Of a DNA stretch of 25,716 nt, positions 1 to 9,675 are shown in pieces. The translations under genes and the position numbers were made by a program. Origin of the DNA: Acidobacteriota bacterium (GTDB taxonomy: Bacteria; Acidobacteriota; DATKUA01; JAFGBY01); assembly GCA_016932915.1 (NCBI GenBank), contig JAFGBY010000169.1, positions 1-25,716 on the forward strand. The letters run 5' to 3'. Position 1 is the stretch's first letter; the number at the start of each line of letters is the position of its first letter. Below the pieces are notes generated by a model. It saw nothing but the letters and a program-made list of their open reading frames with translations. It made no database searches and was not told where the DNA came from.

Positions 1-21
1 TCAAACTCTCCAATTATTAAT

Positions 22-43
22 TCCCCCGAAGGGGATTATTTTC
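22..43 (+). terminator. Rho-independent terminator-like hairpin (stem TCCCC/GGGGA, CGAA loop) followed by a T-run
   Basis: Read directly: ttCCCCcgaaGGGGAttattttc. A GC stem with a GNRA-like loop, then TTATTTT. It would terminate a plus-strand gene lying upstream of the window, or act bidirectionally. Confidence 0.4.
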
Positions 44-400
44 AGAAAGTATTGTCTTGGTTTGCTTATTCGCAATTTCCGTAAATGGAATTGACATCTT
101 GCCTCTCAGAGGCACGCCTTATTTAACTTTCAAAGAACTTAAAATTTCTTTTAAGGCACAATCTTTGATTTTATATTAAATCAGAGTGATCGTCAAGTAA
201 TTTTCTATATTTTATTTTAAAATTTTTGCGACCGTTATCTTCAATATATTATCAACTATATTAAAAACGCTTAAAAGAACTAACGAGCGTGGATAATAAC
301 AAAGTGCGATAAACTGTCAAGCTTTAGTTTGAAAAAAAACAACTATTTTTAAAAATAATTTTCTTTTCGTGCAATTATCAAGCGCTACAAACTTTACCAA

Positions 401-1171
401 ATGTCGAAACGTGTTAGAATGTTCGCTTATAACGGAGAAATTCCTTTGGGGGTTGAACTAAATACAATTCTTATAGACCTTGATGCAACGCTAATAACGC
501 TTGATTGGCGAAAAAATATGCATAAGTACTATCGTAAACTTAAAGAAATATTGCATGATTTAGATCTGAAGAGTTCATACTTTTTCGATGTAAAATGGGC
601 TGCAAATAAAACCATGAATGATGAAACCGATGACATGATAAATATTGAGAAATACTTTTCATATTTGAATAAAAAAACAGATATCGAGGACAAAAAAAAC
701 AGGGAATTTTATTTCAGATTCTACGATGAAATGTTTGCTGATTTCCGTGGCGATGTAAGAGAAGTTGAGGGTTCACACGATTTGATAGCCGCTGCAAAAT
801 CAAAAGGATTTAAAATCATTCTTGCCACTAACCCTCTCTTCCCTCTATCAGCGGTTTCTGAGAGGCTCAGGTGGGGCAATCTCGACCCGGAAGACTTTAA
901 TTTCATAACCCACATGCAAAATTTTCATCATTGCAAACCCAGCCCAAAATATTTCGCGGAAATTATGAAAACACAAAAAGTAGATCCAGTTAAAGCATTG
1001 ATGGTCGGTGACGATTATAAATATGACATAATACCATCAAAAAAAATGGGTTTTCATACCTGGTGGCATTTACCTAACAAGCCGATGAAAAAGAGAAAAG
1101 GCACCCTCTCAGGAAGATTGACTTATCTTGTGGATGCCCTTAACAGTTCGGAAATATCAAATTTGCTTTAA
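401..1171 (+). CDS. HAD-superfamily hydrolase (phosphatase-like)
   Basis: HAD motif I DxDxT (IDLDATLI) near the N-terminus. Motif II-like ILATNP. Motif IV GDDYKYD (MVGDDYKYDI). 256 aa, ATG start, no obvious SD sequence. Confidence 0.6.
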   Translation: MSKRVRMFAYNGEIPLGVELNTILIDLDATLITLDWRKNMHKYYRKLKEILHDLDLKSSYFFDVKWAANKTMNDETDDMINIEKYFSYLNKKTDIEDKKNREFYFRFYDEMFADFRGDVREVEGSHDLIAAAKSKGFKIILATNPLFPLSAVSERLRWGNLDPEDFNFITHMQNFHHCKPSPKYFAEIMKTQKVDPVKALMVGDDYKYDIIPSKKMGFHTWWHLPNKPMKKRKGTLSGRLTYLVDALNSSEISNLL

Positions 1172-1180
1172 GTTTTTATA

Positions 1181-2350
1181 TTATTCGAGTTTACTGATCA
1201 TTCCCTCGAGCTGATTTTTTTTTAGAACCTCTCTGAAGCTGATTACCTGTGAATTTGTAGGAAAATACTTTTCGCTTTCCGCTAATATCTCTTCAGCATC
1301 ATCATAACGTTCCTGGCTTAAAAGTAGTGAGATAAGAGTCAGTCTTGGATTTAAATAATTATCATGAAAACTTATCGCTTTTCGCAGGTGAAATTCTGCT
1401 TCTTTCGTTTTAGCCATTGAGAAATAAATCTGCCCCAGGCGGTAATGGGTGAACGGATCCCTGATTGTCTCGTCAGCATTATATTTAAGTAAATCTATAG
1501 CACCTTCAAGGTCCTTTTCACGGACCATTAGCTCTGCAAGGTTGTAACGGGCGACATCTACACTCTCATCGATATCCAAGGCTTCCGAAAACAGTTTTTT
1601 TGCAGCGTTATATTGCTTGAGCCTCATAAAAATTACGCCCAGATTATTCATAGCTCTTGTGGACTTCGGGTCAATACTTATGGCAGATGTATGAAAATAT
1701 ATTGCTTTATTGAGATTTTCCTCATTGTGGGTCATCAGATATTTCCTGTCCTGCTCTACTCCCAGCATTGTAAGGAAATTAGCAATGGCCTGATAATCAT
1801 CAATGATTTTATATTTTTTATAATTTTTAGGATTGTACACAAAATCTACCAGATAAACATAGCCGGAAATATTGACACCGGCACAGATATGGCCTTCTTT
1901 ATAATGAATATAATCATCACTCTGGTAATTTTGCACCTGTGTAACATCTACAAAAGCCGCGTTTAATCCAACCTCTCTTGCAATCGCGATGAAGAGGTTA
2001 GTATAAGAAACACAGTTAGCTGTTTTATTAATCATTACTTGATATGCATTTAAATTGGCGTCTTTATCATAGATGATATTAAGTGCATCCCGCCCTAACA
2101 TGATTGACAGTATGAGATCCATTTTACCGGCATCAGAGCGATGGCTTTTCTTTACTACTTCCGCAATTTCTTTTACCTTATCGTTTGCGGCAAATGGGAT
2201 AAACTGCATTGCCTCATCTTTTGTAAGGTTCAACTTGTCGGATATTCTATCACTAAGTTCTTCGTTCGTATAAACATACTTCTGAGAACAACCTATCAGT
2301 AAGAAAGATGAGATGACGAGAGAAGCAATCAATAACTTGTAGTTTTTCAT
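1181..2350 (-). CDS. Lipoprotein with transglutaminase-like cysteine-protease domain and C-terminal TPR repeats
   Basis: N-terminal signal peptide with lipobox (LLIGC|SQ). Cys-His-Asp arrangement typical of the transglutaminase-like superfamily (ANCVSYTNLFIAIAREVG ... HICAGV ... YLVDF). The C-terminal half shows repeated A/Y/L-rich 34-aa TPR-like units (YNAAKKLFSEALDID, AEFHLRKAISFHDNY). Confidence 0.65.
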   Translation of the reverse strand: MKNYKLLIASLVISSFLLIGCSQKYVYTNEELSDRISDKLNLTKDEAMQFIPFAANDKVKEIAEVVKKSHRSDAGKMDLILSIMLGRDALNIIYDKDANLNAYQVMINKTANCVSYTNLFIAIAREVGLNAAFVDVTQVQNYQSDDYIHYKEGHICAGVNISGYVYLVDFVYNPKNYKKYKIIDDYQAIANFLTMLGVEQDRKYLMTHNEENLNKAIYFHTSAISIDPKSTRAMNNLGVIFMRLKQYNAAKKLFSEALDIDESVDVARYNLAELMVREKDLEGAIDLLKYNADETIRDPFTHYRLGQIYFSMAKTKEAEFHLRKAISFHDNYLNPRLTLISLLLSQERYDDAEEILAESEKYFPTNSQVISFREVLKKNQLEGMISKLE

Positions 2351-2533
2351 AGCTACCTGCCTTTAATGTATTTCTTTACTTACAAACGTTTTTCTATGAA
2401 AAAATGTTCCGATTTCACTTATTCACCAAAATTTCGTTTTCAAGCTTTTTCTTTATATGTACGGGTTCCTGCAGTTAAATATTCTTAATAATTGAATAAA
2501 AATGTTCTATTATAACTAACGCAGGAAATTATT

Positions 2534-3592
2534 ATGAAGAAAACAATTATAATAGCCACTTCAGCTGTTCCCTTTTATTACGGCGGTAACGAAAGGCTTG
2601 CTGAAAATCTAAGCGAACAATTATCCAAGTTCGGGTATAATTCCGAACCGTTTTTCACTCCAAGAAACAGCTATGATTCATTCATTAAATTAATAGGAGG
2701 GTACGCCGCTAACAGGTTCACCGATCTTCAGTCTTACCCATGGAAAAATACCATCGATCAGATAATAAGTATTTCTTATCCCTCTTTTGTCATTCCGCAC
2801 CAACACCATGTTTCCTGGTTCGCGCATAGGATGCGGGAGTACTATGACCTCTGGCCAAGATGGCTTGCAAGTGAAACAACACCAGCGGGGCGTATAAAAA
2901 AGAAGACTCAGAGATTCATTCTTCAATCCATAGATAATCATTATATCTCCAAGATCGAGAAACTGTATTGCATCAGCAATACCGTAAAGCAACGTTTATA
3001 CAAGTGGGGAGGATTTGAAGCTGAAACCCTGTATCCGCCACCGGAAGATGACCAGAATTATCACGCAACAGATTATAAGCCATATATATTTACTGTATCC
3101 CGTTTAACTTCGCTTAAAAGAATCTCTCTTTTAATCGAAGCCTTGAACTTGACAAAAAACAACAAACTGAAAGCCATCATTGCCGGTGAAGGAGAAGAGA
3201 AAGAAACACTTATCAAGCTCACACAAAAATATTCTCTAGAAAACAGGATACAATTCACCGGAAATATAACAGAAGCTGAAAAACATGAATTAATAATAAA
3301 CAGCAGAGGAATCTTTTTTGCTCCCTATAATGAAGAATACGGTATAGTGACGATCGAAGCGATGAAAAGAAGCAAACCGGTTATAACCGCTATTGATAGT
3401 GGCGGACCAACAGATTTTGTGGACAACGGGGAAACCGGGTTTATTGTCGATCCTGATCCTGGAAAAATTGCGGAAAAACTGGACCACCTTTATATGCATG
3501 AGGACGAAGCAAAAAGGCTTGGGGATACTGCACGTAACAAGGTTAAAGAAATTACCTGGGAAAAAACGATAGAGAAGCTGGTCGTAGTATGA
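2534..3592 (+). CDS. Glycosyltransferase family 4 (GT-B, retaining)
   Basis: C-terminal EX7E-type motif region EEYGIVTIEAMKRSKPVITAIDSGGPTDFVDNGETGFIV. N-terminal Gly-rich YYGGNERLAENL. RBS AGGAAA lies 7 nt upstream of the ATG. Confidence 0.8.
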   Translation: MKKTIIIATSAVPFYYGGNERLAENLSEQLSKFGYNSEPFFTPRNSYDSFIKLIGGYAANRFTDLQSYPWKNTIDQIISISYPSFVIPHQHHVSWFAHRMREYYDLWPRWLASETTPAGRIKKKTQRFILQSIDNHYISKIEKLYCISNTVKQRLYKWGGFEAETLYPPPEDDQNYHATDYKPYIFTVSRLTSLKRISLLIEALNLTKNNKLKAIIAGEGEEKETLIKLTQKYSLENRIQFTGNITEAEKHELIINSRGIFFAPYNEEYGIVTIEAMKRSKPVITAIDSGGPTDFVDNGETGFIVDPDPGKIAEKLDHLYMHEDEAKRLGDTARNKVKEITWEKTIEKLVVV

Positions 3593-4647
3593 AAAAGGAC
3601 AAAGAAACAGAAAAAACCATCGCTATATGTTCAGTTAAAATCCCTTTTTTAACCGGTGGAGCTGAAATCCTTAGTCATGAACTTCTCTTACAATTAAAAA
3701 AACGCGGCTTTAATGCAGATTTGATCGAGATACCCTTCGGATGGTGGCCACCTGAAATAATTATTCCGAATCTCGCAGCATGGCGAATGATCGAATTTAC
3801 TAAACCCGACGGGAAACCGGTCGATCTAGTTGTAACCACAAAATTCCCTTCATACCTCATCAGGCATCCCAACAAAGTATGTTGGTTATATCACCAGATG
3901 CGGGAACTCTACGAAACGGACCTTGATGCTGCGGATTTTCTTTCTGGTGGGATAAACGATTCAAGGCTGAGAGAACATCTAATAAAACTTGATAAAACAG
4001 CGCTTGAGGAACATCGTGATATTTATACTATCAGTAAAAACGTCAGTACGAGGCTTCAAAAGTATAACGGAATTCATTCAAACACTTTATACCCACCTCC
4101 AAAACATCTCGGCAAATATCAAAACGAGGATTATGGAGATTATATTCTGACAGTAGGCAGGCTGGAAAAATGGAAAAGAACCGATCTTCTGTTAAATGCT
4201 CTTGCAGTTTCCGGAGAAGATATAAAAATCAACATTATTGGTATTGGACCGGAAGAACAAAACTTGAAAAAATTATCCAAAGAACTTGGAATTGAGAATA
4301 ATGTAAATTTTGCCGGTAAAGTAACAGATGATGAACTCATACGTTATTATGCCAAAGCAAAAGCGGTATTTTTTGCTCCGAAAAGTGAAGATTATGGATT
4401 TATAACAATTGAAGCCTTCATTTCATCCAGGCCTGTAATCACAACCAATGATTCAGGAGGGCCTACAGAATTTGTAATTGATAAAGAAAACGGTTTCATT
4501 TGTCAGCCGAATCCAAAATCGGTTGCGCAAGCTATCTCAGCCATTAAGAAACAAAATCTGAAGGCGATGGGGACTTCAGGCTATGATAAAGTCAAAGATA
4601 TCTCCTGGGATAACATCATTGAGAACCTTATCACCAAATATCTTTAA
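3589..4647 (+). CDS. Glycosyltransferase family 4 (paralog of the upstream gene)
   Basis: EDYGFITIEAFISSRPVITTNDSGGPTEFVIDKENGFIC matches the GT4 nucleotide-sugar binding region. It has the same 352-aa length and colinear motifs with the upstream GT. Its start codon overlaps the upstream stop (ATGA), indicating translational coupling. Confidence 0.8.
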   Translation: MKKDKETEKTIAICSVKIPFLTGGAEILSHELLLQLKKRGFNADLIEIPFGWWPPEIIIPNLAAWRMIEFTKPDGKPVDLVVTTKFPSYLIRHPNKVCWLYHQMRELYETDLDAADFLSGGINDSRLREHLIKLDKTALEEHRDIYTISKNVSTRLQKYNGIHSNTLYPPPKHLGKYQNEDYGDYILTVGRLEKWKRTDLLLNALAVSGEDIKINIIGIGPEEQNLKKLSKELGIENNVNFAGKVTDDELIRYYAKAKAVFFAPKSEDYGFITIEAFISSRPVITTNDSGGPTEFVIDKENGFICQPNPKSVAQAISAIKKQNLKAMGTSGYDKVKDISWDNIIENLITKYL

Positions 4648-4748
4648 ACATCAATATTAAAAATCCGTTATGGAATAAGTTATAAATTCTGATTAAATTG
4701 AAGGTGACAACATATCTGTTATAATCATGAAAAAAGAAGGTATGGAAA

Positions 4749-7682
4749 ATGAATAAGAAGATATTTTTAATAATTGCAATTGTAATAATTCTGGTTTTGC
4801 TCTTGTGTAGCATAAAAACTGTTGAAGATAATACTGTAGCTCTCGCAAAACCTAACTTCCTTTTCAAAAAGACAGTTGTTCTTAAAAAAGGATTTAACCT
4901 GGTATTTCCATTCATATATACAATCAATACTTATCCTATGACCACAATCGCTATGGAAGACAGCAAGGAAATTGAGATCACGGATCGTCTTGGCGCGAAA
5001 AGAAATATTCAAGTAACATTCGAATACCAGATTATAGAAAATAGATTAGATGATTTAAGTAATACCTCGGGAGACCTTGAGGCTTTTATCCTTGAGCAAG
5101 CTACTATCACTTCGGTGGAATATCTCCAAAAAACTTCCTCATTTAAAATACAGGAAATAGGAAAATATTCATCGGATATCCTTCAATTACTAAATTCTTC
5201 CCTTGGAGCATATGGCTTAAAACTTAATAAATTTGAGATTGTTAATATTGCTCTTGATTACGGCAATATTAGATCGAATGAGCTTAATAAAATTAGAAAA
5301 TACTACGAACAATCAGGACGAAAAGTAATCCTCATAGGTATGGATGCCCTTGACCTTCAAATAATGCAACCACTTCTTAACGCAGGAGAACTCCCAAATT
5401 TTGCTAAAGTTATTAAAGGTGGTTCAAGCGGAGTACTTAAATCAATCAGACCTATGCTCTCTCCTCTTATTTGGACGACCATAGCAACAGGCGTATCTCC
5501 TGATGCTCATGGCATTCTGGATTTTGTTCAGAAAAATGATCAGGGTAATCTTGTCCCGATTACCAGTGATATGCGGAAAGTACCGGCAATGTGGAATATA
5601 CTTTCCGCAATGAAACTACCCGTAGGATTTGTAGCCTGGTGGGCTACCTGGCCGGCAGAAGATGTCGATGGTTTTATAATTAGCGAACGCCTTGCTTATC
5701 AACTCTATAATATGAGAATTGATAAGACAGATATGGAAAATCCTGAGGGAAAAGTTTTCCCGGCCGGGGATTATGCTGAAATAAACAGGCTTATTAAACA
5801 CACGGCTAATGTAAGCTATGAAACGGTTCAAAGATTTATAAACATCAGCCCCTCGGAATGGAACAGCGAAAAGAACAAATCTCTTTCCGCAGGAGACAGC
5901 AAGATCGTAATGCTGAGAAATCTTATTGCGAGTACCGAGGCATATCATATTGTTTCACTACAGCTATACAAAAAATACAAACCCATTCTATTTTCTCCTT
6001 ATTTTGAAGGTACCGACGTTATTGGCCACCTTTTTATGGAATATACTCCTCCTAAAAGAGATAATGTATCTGAAGTAGATTTCGACAAGTATAAAAACGC
6101 GGTAAATGAATATTATAAGTATATAGATGTAAAACTTGGTGATTATATCAACCTGGTGGATGACAAGACCGATCTGATGATAGTCTCCGATCATGGTTTC
6201 AAATCAGGTATGGAAAGGCCTTTTGGGTCAGCAGATATAAAAGCGGCAACAGCGGTTGAATGGCATGATATAGATGGAACAATTATCCTTTATGGAAAAT
6301 CATTTAAGGAACGGTTTATTATTAATGATGCCTCTGTCTATGACATTCTTCCAACTGTATTTTCTATCCTTAATCTACCAAAAGCTAAAAATATGCGCGG
6401 CAGGGTACTAACCGAAGCATTTGTAACAGCTCCAAATCCCCCAAAAGATATTGAAGATTACTCTATACTAGTCCCTGTTAAAACAGGCGCGAATGAGAAT
6501 CTTACAAATGCGTATGATAAGGAGATGATCGAGCGATTAAAAGCGTTGGGTTACATTGGAGATGACACTGTAAGCAATTCAGGAACTGATACGAGCAGGA
6601 TAAACAAAGCAGCAGTGCTAATTCAAGACAACAAATATGATGAAGCAGAACAATTACTCTTGAATATTATCAAAGAAGAACCAAAAACTTCTGTTGCATG
6701 GCTTATGCTAGCAAAAATTTACAACACGAAAAATGATAAAGAGAAAGAACTGAATGCATATATGAAGGCGCTTGATAATGCTACAGAACAAGCAGACGTC
6801 GAAGATGGAATAATTGGTGCTTCATTGATACTTCATGATCTAAAAAAAATCGACCGAGAAATAGGCCTTGTAAAAATGGGACTTAAGGATTTTCCGAATT
6901 CATTTAAACTAAAAAAATTCCTTGGTAATCTTTACTTCGAAGAAAGTAAATATTTTGAAGCAATTGAATTATATGAAAAAATACTTCAGATGAAATCTGA
7001 TGAACCATCAGTAATTAATGAGCTCGCGAAATCATATTTTATGATCGGGAATGTCGATAAAGCGATGGAAAACTGGAACAAATGTTTCCAGATGCAGCCA
7101 GATTTGATGAAAAACAACAAATACTACTATGTAAACCGGGGCATCGTTCGGGGAAAAGCAGGGGACTCACAAAATGCAATGAATGATCTTCGCCAGGCAC
7201 TAAAAATTGATCCGGAATATTCCTTGACATGGACTGCAATAGGTAATGTTTACCTGGGTGCCAAAGAGTATAAAAATGCTGAGGTTTCTTTCAGAAAAGG
7301 TATCACTTTCGCAAAGAAAACAGGCGATAAAGCTAGTGCGTATATGGGCTTGATTATGACATACAACGCAACAGGTAATAGCGAATTGGAGAAACTATCA
7401 CTTAAGGCAGCTGTAAAAGAAGTCCCTGACAGTAACCTGATACACAGGATGTATGGCTTCTATCTCCTCAGTAAAATGGAATATGATTCCGCAAAGCATG
7501 AATTCGAAACCGCAATCACCTTGAACAAAAATGATTATCTTTCGATGAACCGCCTTGGCGCGCTTTATGCTCGCGAGGGAAAAATAGATGCAGCGCTTAA
7601 ACTCTTCAAGGATTCACTGGTTATTAATCCGGATCAGCCAAAAATCAGGGAAACAATCCGGCAAATGGAAGCCCAGAAATAG
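4749..7682 (+). CDS. Membrane-anchored multidomain protein: SPFH/band-7-like N-domain + AlkP-superfamily type I phosphodiesterase/nucleotide pyrophosphatase domain + C-terminal TPR array
   Basis: N-terminal TM helix (IFLIIAIVIILVLLLC). Residues about 25-180 follow the SPFH pattern (VEDNTVALAKP...GFNLVFPFI...TITSVEYLQ...GLKLNKFEIVNI). The middle domain matches Phosphodiest/NPP family hallmarks (VILIGMDALDLQ; RPMLSPLIWTTIATGVSPDAHGIL; MIVSDHGF). The last roughly 380 aa are TPR-like repeats (AWLMLAKIYNTKND, AIELYEKILQMKSD, and others). RBS AGAAGG upstream. Confidence 0.65.
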   Translation: MNKKIFLIIAIVIILVLLLCSIKTVEDNTVALAKPNFLFKKTVVLKKGFNLVFPFIYTINTYPMTTIAMEDSKEIEITDRLGAKRNIQVTFEYQIIENRLDDLSNTSGDLEAFILEQATITSVEYLQKTSSFKIQEIGKYSSDILQLLNSSLGAYGLKLNKFEIVNIALDYGNIRSNELNKIRKYYEQSGRKVILIGMDALDLQIMQPLLNAGELPNFAKVIKGGSSGVLKSIRPMLSPLIWTTIATGVSPDAHGILDFVQKNDQGNLVPITSDMRKVPAMWNILSAMKLPVGFVAWWATWPAEDVDGFIISERLAYQLYNMRIDKTDMENPEGKVFPAGDYAEINRLIKHTANVSYETVQRFINISPSEWNSEKNKSLSAGDSKIVMLRNLIASTEAYHIVSLQLYKKYKPILFSPYFEGTDVIGHLFMEYTPPKRDNVSEVDFDKYKNAVNEYYKYIDVKLGDYINLVDDKTDLMIVSDHGFKSGMERPFGSADIKAATAVEWHDIDGTIILYGKSFKERFIINDASVYDILPTVFSILNLPKAKNMRGRVLTEAFVTAPNPPKDIEDYSILVPVKTGANENLTNAYDKEMIERLKALGYIGDDTVSNSGTDTSRINKAAVLIQDNKYDEAEQLLLNIIKEEPKTSVAWLMLAKIYNTKNDKEKELNAYMKALDNATEQADVEDGIIGASLILHDLKKIDREIGLVKMGLKDFPNSFKLKKFLGNLYFEESKYFEAIELYEKILQMKSDEPSVINELAKSYFMIGNVDKAMENWNKCFQMQPDLMKNNKYYYVNRGIVRGKAGDSQNAMNDLRQALKIDPEYSLTWTAIGNVYLGAKEYKNAEVSFRKGITFAKKTGDKASAYMGLIMTYNATGNSELEKLSLKAAVKEVPDSNLIHRMYGFYLLSKMEYDSAKHEFETAITLNKNDYLSMNRLGALYAREGKIDAALKLFKDSLVINPDQPKIRETIRQMEAQK

Positions 7683-7700
7683 AATTAAACTGGACTTGCT

Positions 7701-8669
7701 CTAAATAATACTTTCTTGAAGCAGGTTATGAATATGGACCATACCGATAGGTCTGTTTTCTGAATCGACAACCGGGATGGCAGTAATAAATTTCTCTTCC
7801 ATGATCCTTTCGGCTTCAACGGCCATTCGATCGCGTGAAATAGTGATTGGATTTTTCGTCATAACATCGCTGACTTGAATATCCAGAATTCCATTTTTAT
7901 CCATATTCTGGAAACACCTTCGTAAATCACCATCAGAAAAGACGCCGCATAAAATTCCCTTTTTATCAACGACAGTACATAAACCAACCTTATTGCTGGT
8001 CATTTCAAGTAGAGCATCCTTAATAGTAGCATTAAATGGAATAACAGGATTTCGAGTATCCCGTGACATAATATCCTCTACCCTGAGTGTAAGCTGTTTT
8101 CCCAGGCGACCTTTTGGATGGCGAATTGCAAATGCCTCTTCGTCAAAATTACGCATATCCATAAGTGCGATTGAAATGGCATCACCTAATGCCAGGGTCA
8201 CAGTCGTGCTGGTAGTCGGCGCGAGATTCAGCGGGCACGCTTCCTTTTCGATTGAACAATCAATTACTGCATCAGCCGCATCAGCCAGTTTTGACTTTAA
8301 GTTACCCGTCATTGCAATCAGTTGGATCCCAAATCTTTTAACAAAAGGCAGCAAAGGTAGTAGCTCTTCTGTGTTTCCACTGTTGGAAATAGCGATAATA
8401 ACTTCTTTTTTAGTTATCATCCCATAATCGCCATGTCCGCCTTCAGTCGGATGAATAAAAAATGCAGGTGTGCCAGTGCTCGCAAGAGTTGCCGCGATTT
8501 TCTGACCGATAATTCCGGATTTACCTACACCGACGACGACTATATGCCCTTCACAATTGAAAATCATCTCAACTGCTTTAGTAAAATCACCGTTTATTTT
8601 ATTTGCTGCGCGTTTCAGCGCTTCCGCTTCTTCATGAAGAACACGGACAGCTTCACGAATTATATCCAA
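7701..8669 (-). CDS. kdsD: Arabinose-5-phosphate isomerase (KpsF/GutQ/KdsD family; SIS domain + tandem CBS)
   Basis: SIS signature VGVGKSGIIGQKIAATLASTGTPAFFIHPTEGGHGDYGMI plus a C-terminal CBS pair. It uses a TTG start with an in-frame TAA two codons upstream. It is convergent with the upstream TPR gene, with only an 18-bp gap. Confidence 0.85.
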   Translation of the reverse strand: MDIIREAVRVLHEEAEALKRAANKINGDFTKAVEMIFNCEGHIVVVGVGKSGIIGQKIAATLASTGTPAFFIHPTEGGHGDYGMITKKEVIIAISNSGNTEELLPLLPFVKRFGIQLIAMTGNLKSKLADAADAVIDCSIEKEACPLNLAPTTSTTVTLALGDAISIALMDMRNFDEEAFAIRHPKGRLGKQLTLRVEDIMSRDTRNPVIPFNATIKDALLEMTSNKVGLCTVVDKKGILCGVFSDGDLRRCFQNMDKNGILDIQVSDVMTKNPITISRDRMAVEAERIMEEKFITAIPVVDSENRPIGMVHIHNLLQESII

Positions 8670-8681
8670 ATGTTAATAATC

Positions 8682-9608
8682 CTATTTGATCTTGAAGAGG
8701 TTTGAATTTGAACGCCCAACCTTCTCTTCGATTGTCCCTTCTCCACGGTTGGAAAAAATCAAGACATCTGAACGTTTATATAGCTGGTCACACTGGTTAC
8801 AGAACGGGTATCTATCGAATTCGCCTTTGGCATGCGCATCCCGGAGATCTTCGTATTTTTCACCTTTCATGACTTCCTCGATCGTTTGTTCCCTCAAATC
8901 ACCGAGAATCATCTTACCGTCATAATCCCAGCAACAGGGAATCACCGTTCCATCCCATTGTACCTGTAATGGGCCTGTCTTCGGCCTACCACAGGTGGTC
9001 TTTTTGTCAGGGACTTCTCTGTAACGGAATGCATCGCTCCAGTTATGTGGCTTCCAGGCTTCAACTGCATCAGCGCGTGGTATCCAGTATTCCTTCCAAT
9101 CCTCATACTGATGCTGATTTTCTTCCAGCATCAACCAGAAAACCAGAACCTGCATATTGCTATTGTAACTTTTTTTAAGGTCAAGAACTCTGTGGATATT
9201 AGCCATGACCTTATCATAATCCATATTCTGATGAACTTTTTCGTAAACCTCTTTAGTGGTCCCGTAAACGCTGAACCTTACTTCATCCAGGCCGGCTTCA
9301 ATCAATCCCCTGGCTCTTTTTTCTGTCCAGAGGAGGCCGTTGGAAATAAAATTCACCCATATATCAGGATTCTTCGACTTTATATATTCAATCCTTTTTT
9401 CGAGAAGTACGTCCACAAGCGGCTCACCAAATCCGCCAAGGAAGATGCTATCTATATTATAAGTAACAGCATCATCAACTACCTTCTTAAATATATCCAT
9501 ATCCATCACGCCAAGAGATCTCGTCATTGTATCATGAGGACACATGATGCAGTTCGCCGGGCAATGATTTGTTGTCTCTATTCTAACTTCAGGATTCGTC
9601 AATTTCAT
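8682..9608 (-). CDS. Radical SAM enzyme with C-terminal SPASM/twitch-like cysteine cluster, function unknown
   Basis: CxxxCxxC at residues 16-23 (CPANCIMC). C-terminal Cys cluster (TTCGRP ... IPCCWDYDG ... FCNQCDQ). 308 aa. RBS GAGGT lies 10 nt upstream of the ATG. Confidence 0.75.
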   Translation of the reverse strand: MKLTNPEVRIETTNHCPANCIMCPHDTMTRSLGVMDMDIFKKVVDDAVTYNIDSIFLGGFGEPLVDVLLEKRIEYIKSKNPDIWVNFISNGLLWTEKRARGLIEAGLDEVRFSVYGTTKEVYEKVHQNMDYDKVMANIHRVLDLKKSYNSNMQVLVFWLMLEENQHQYEDWKEYWIPRADAVEAWKPHNWSDAFRYREVPDKKTTCGRPKTGPLQVQWDGTVIPCCWDYDGKMILGDLREQTIEEVMKGEKYEDLRDAHAKGEFDRYPFCNQCDQLYKRSDVLIFSNRGEGTIEEKVGRSNSNLFKIK

Positions 9609-9675
9609 TACTTCATACCTCGTATATGCTAAAGATCCATTATACAGCTTCGGTTAAACGTAACAATACCATTTT

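Noticed and set aside
91-96. Consensus TTGACA hexamer in the 5' leader.
   Set aside because: There is no acceptable -10 hexamer 16-19 nt downstream, so it is not called a promoter.
1613-1966. Antisense or embedded ORFs of 60-223 aa. These include 1613..1966 +, 7993..8427 +, 9045..9632 +, 18488..19159 + and 18832..19170 +, plus the many roughly 65-aa ORFs.
   Set aside because: They lie wholly inside, and antisense to, CDSs with strong family motifs. They are low-complexity or Ser/Arg-rich shadow frames, typical of GC-rich antisense strands (especially within rarA). No SDs.
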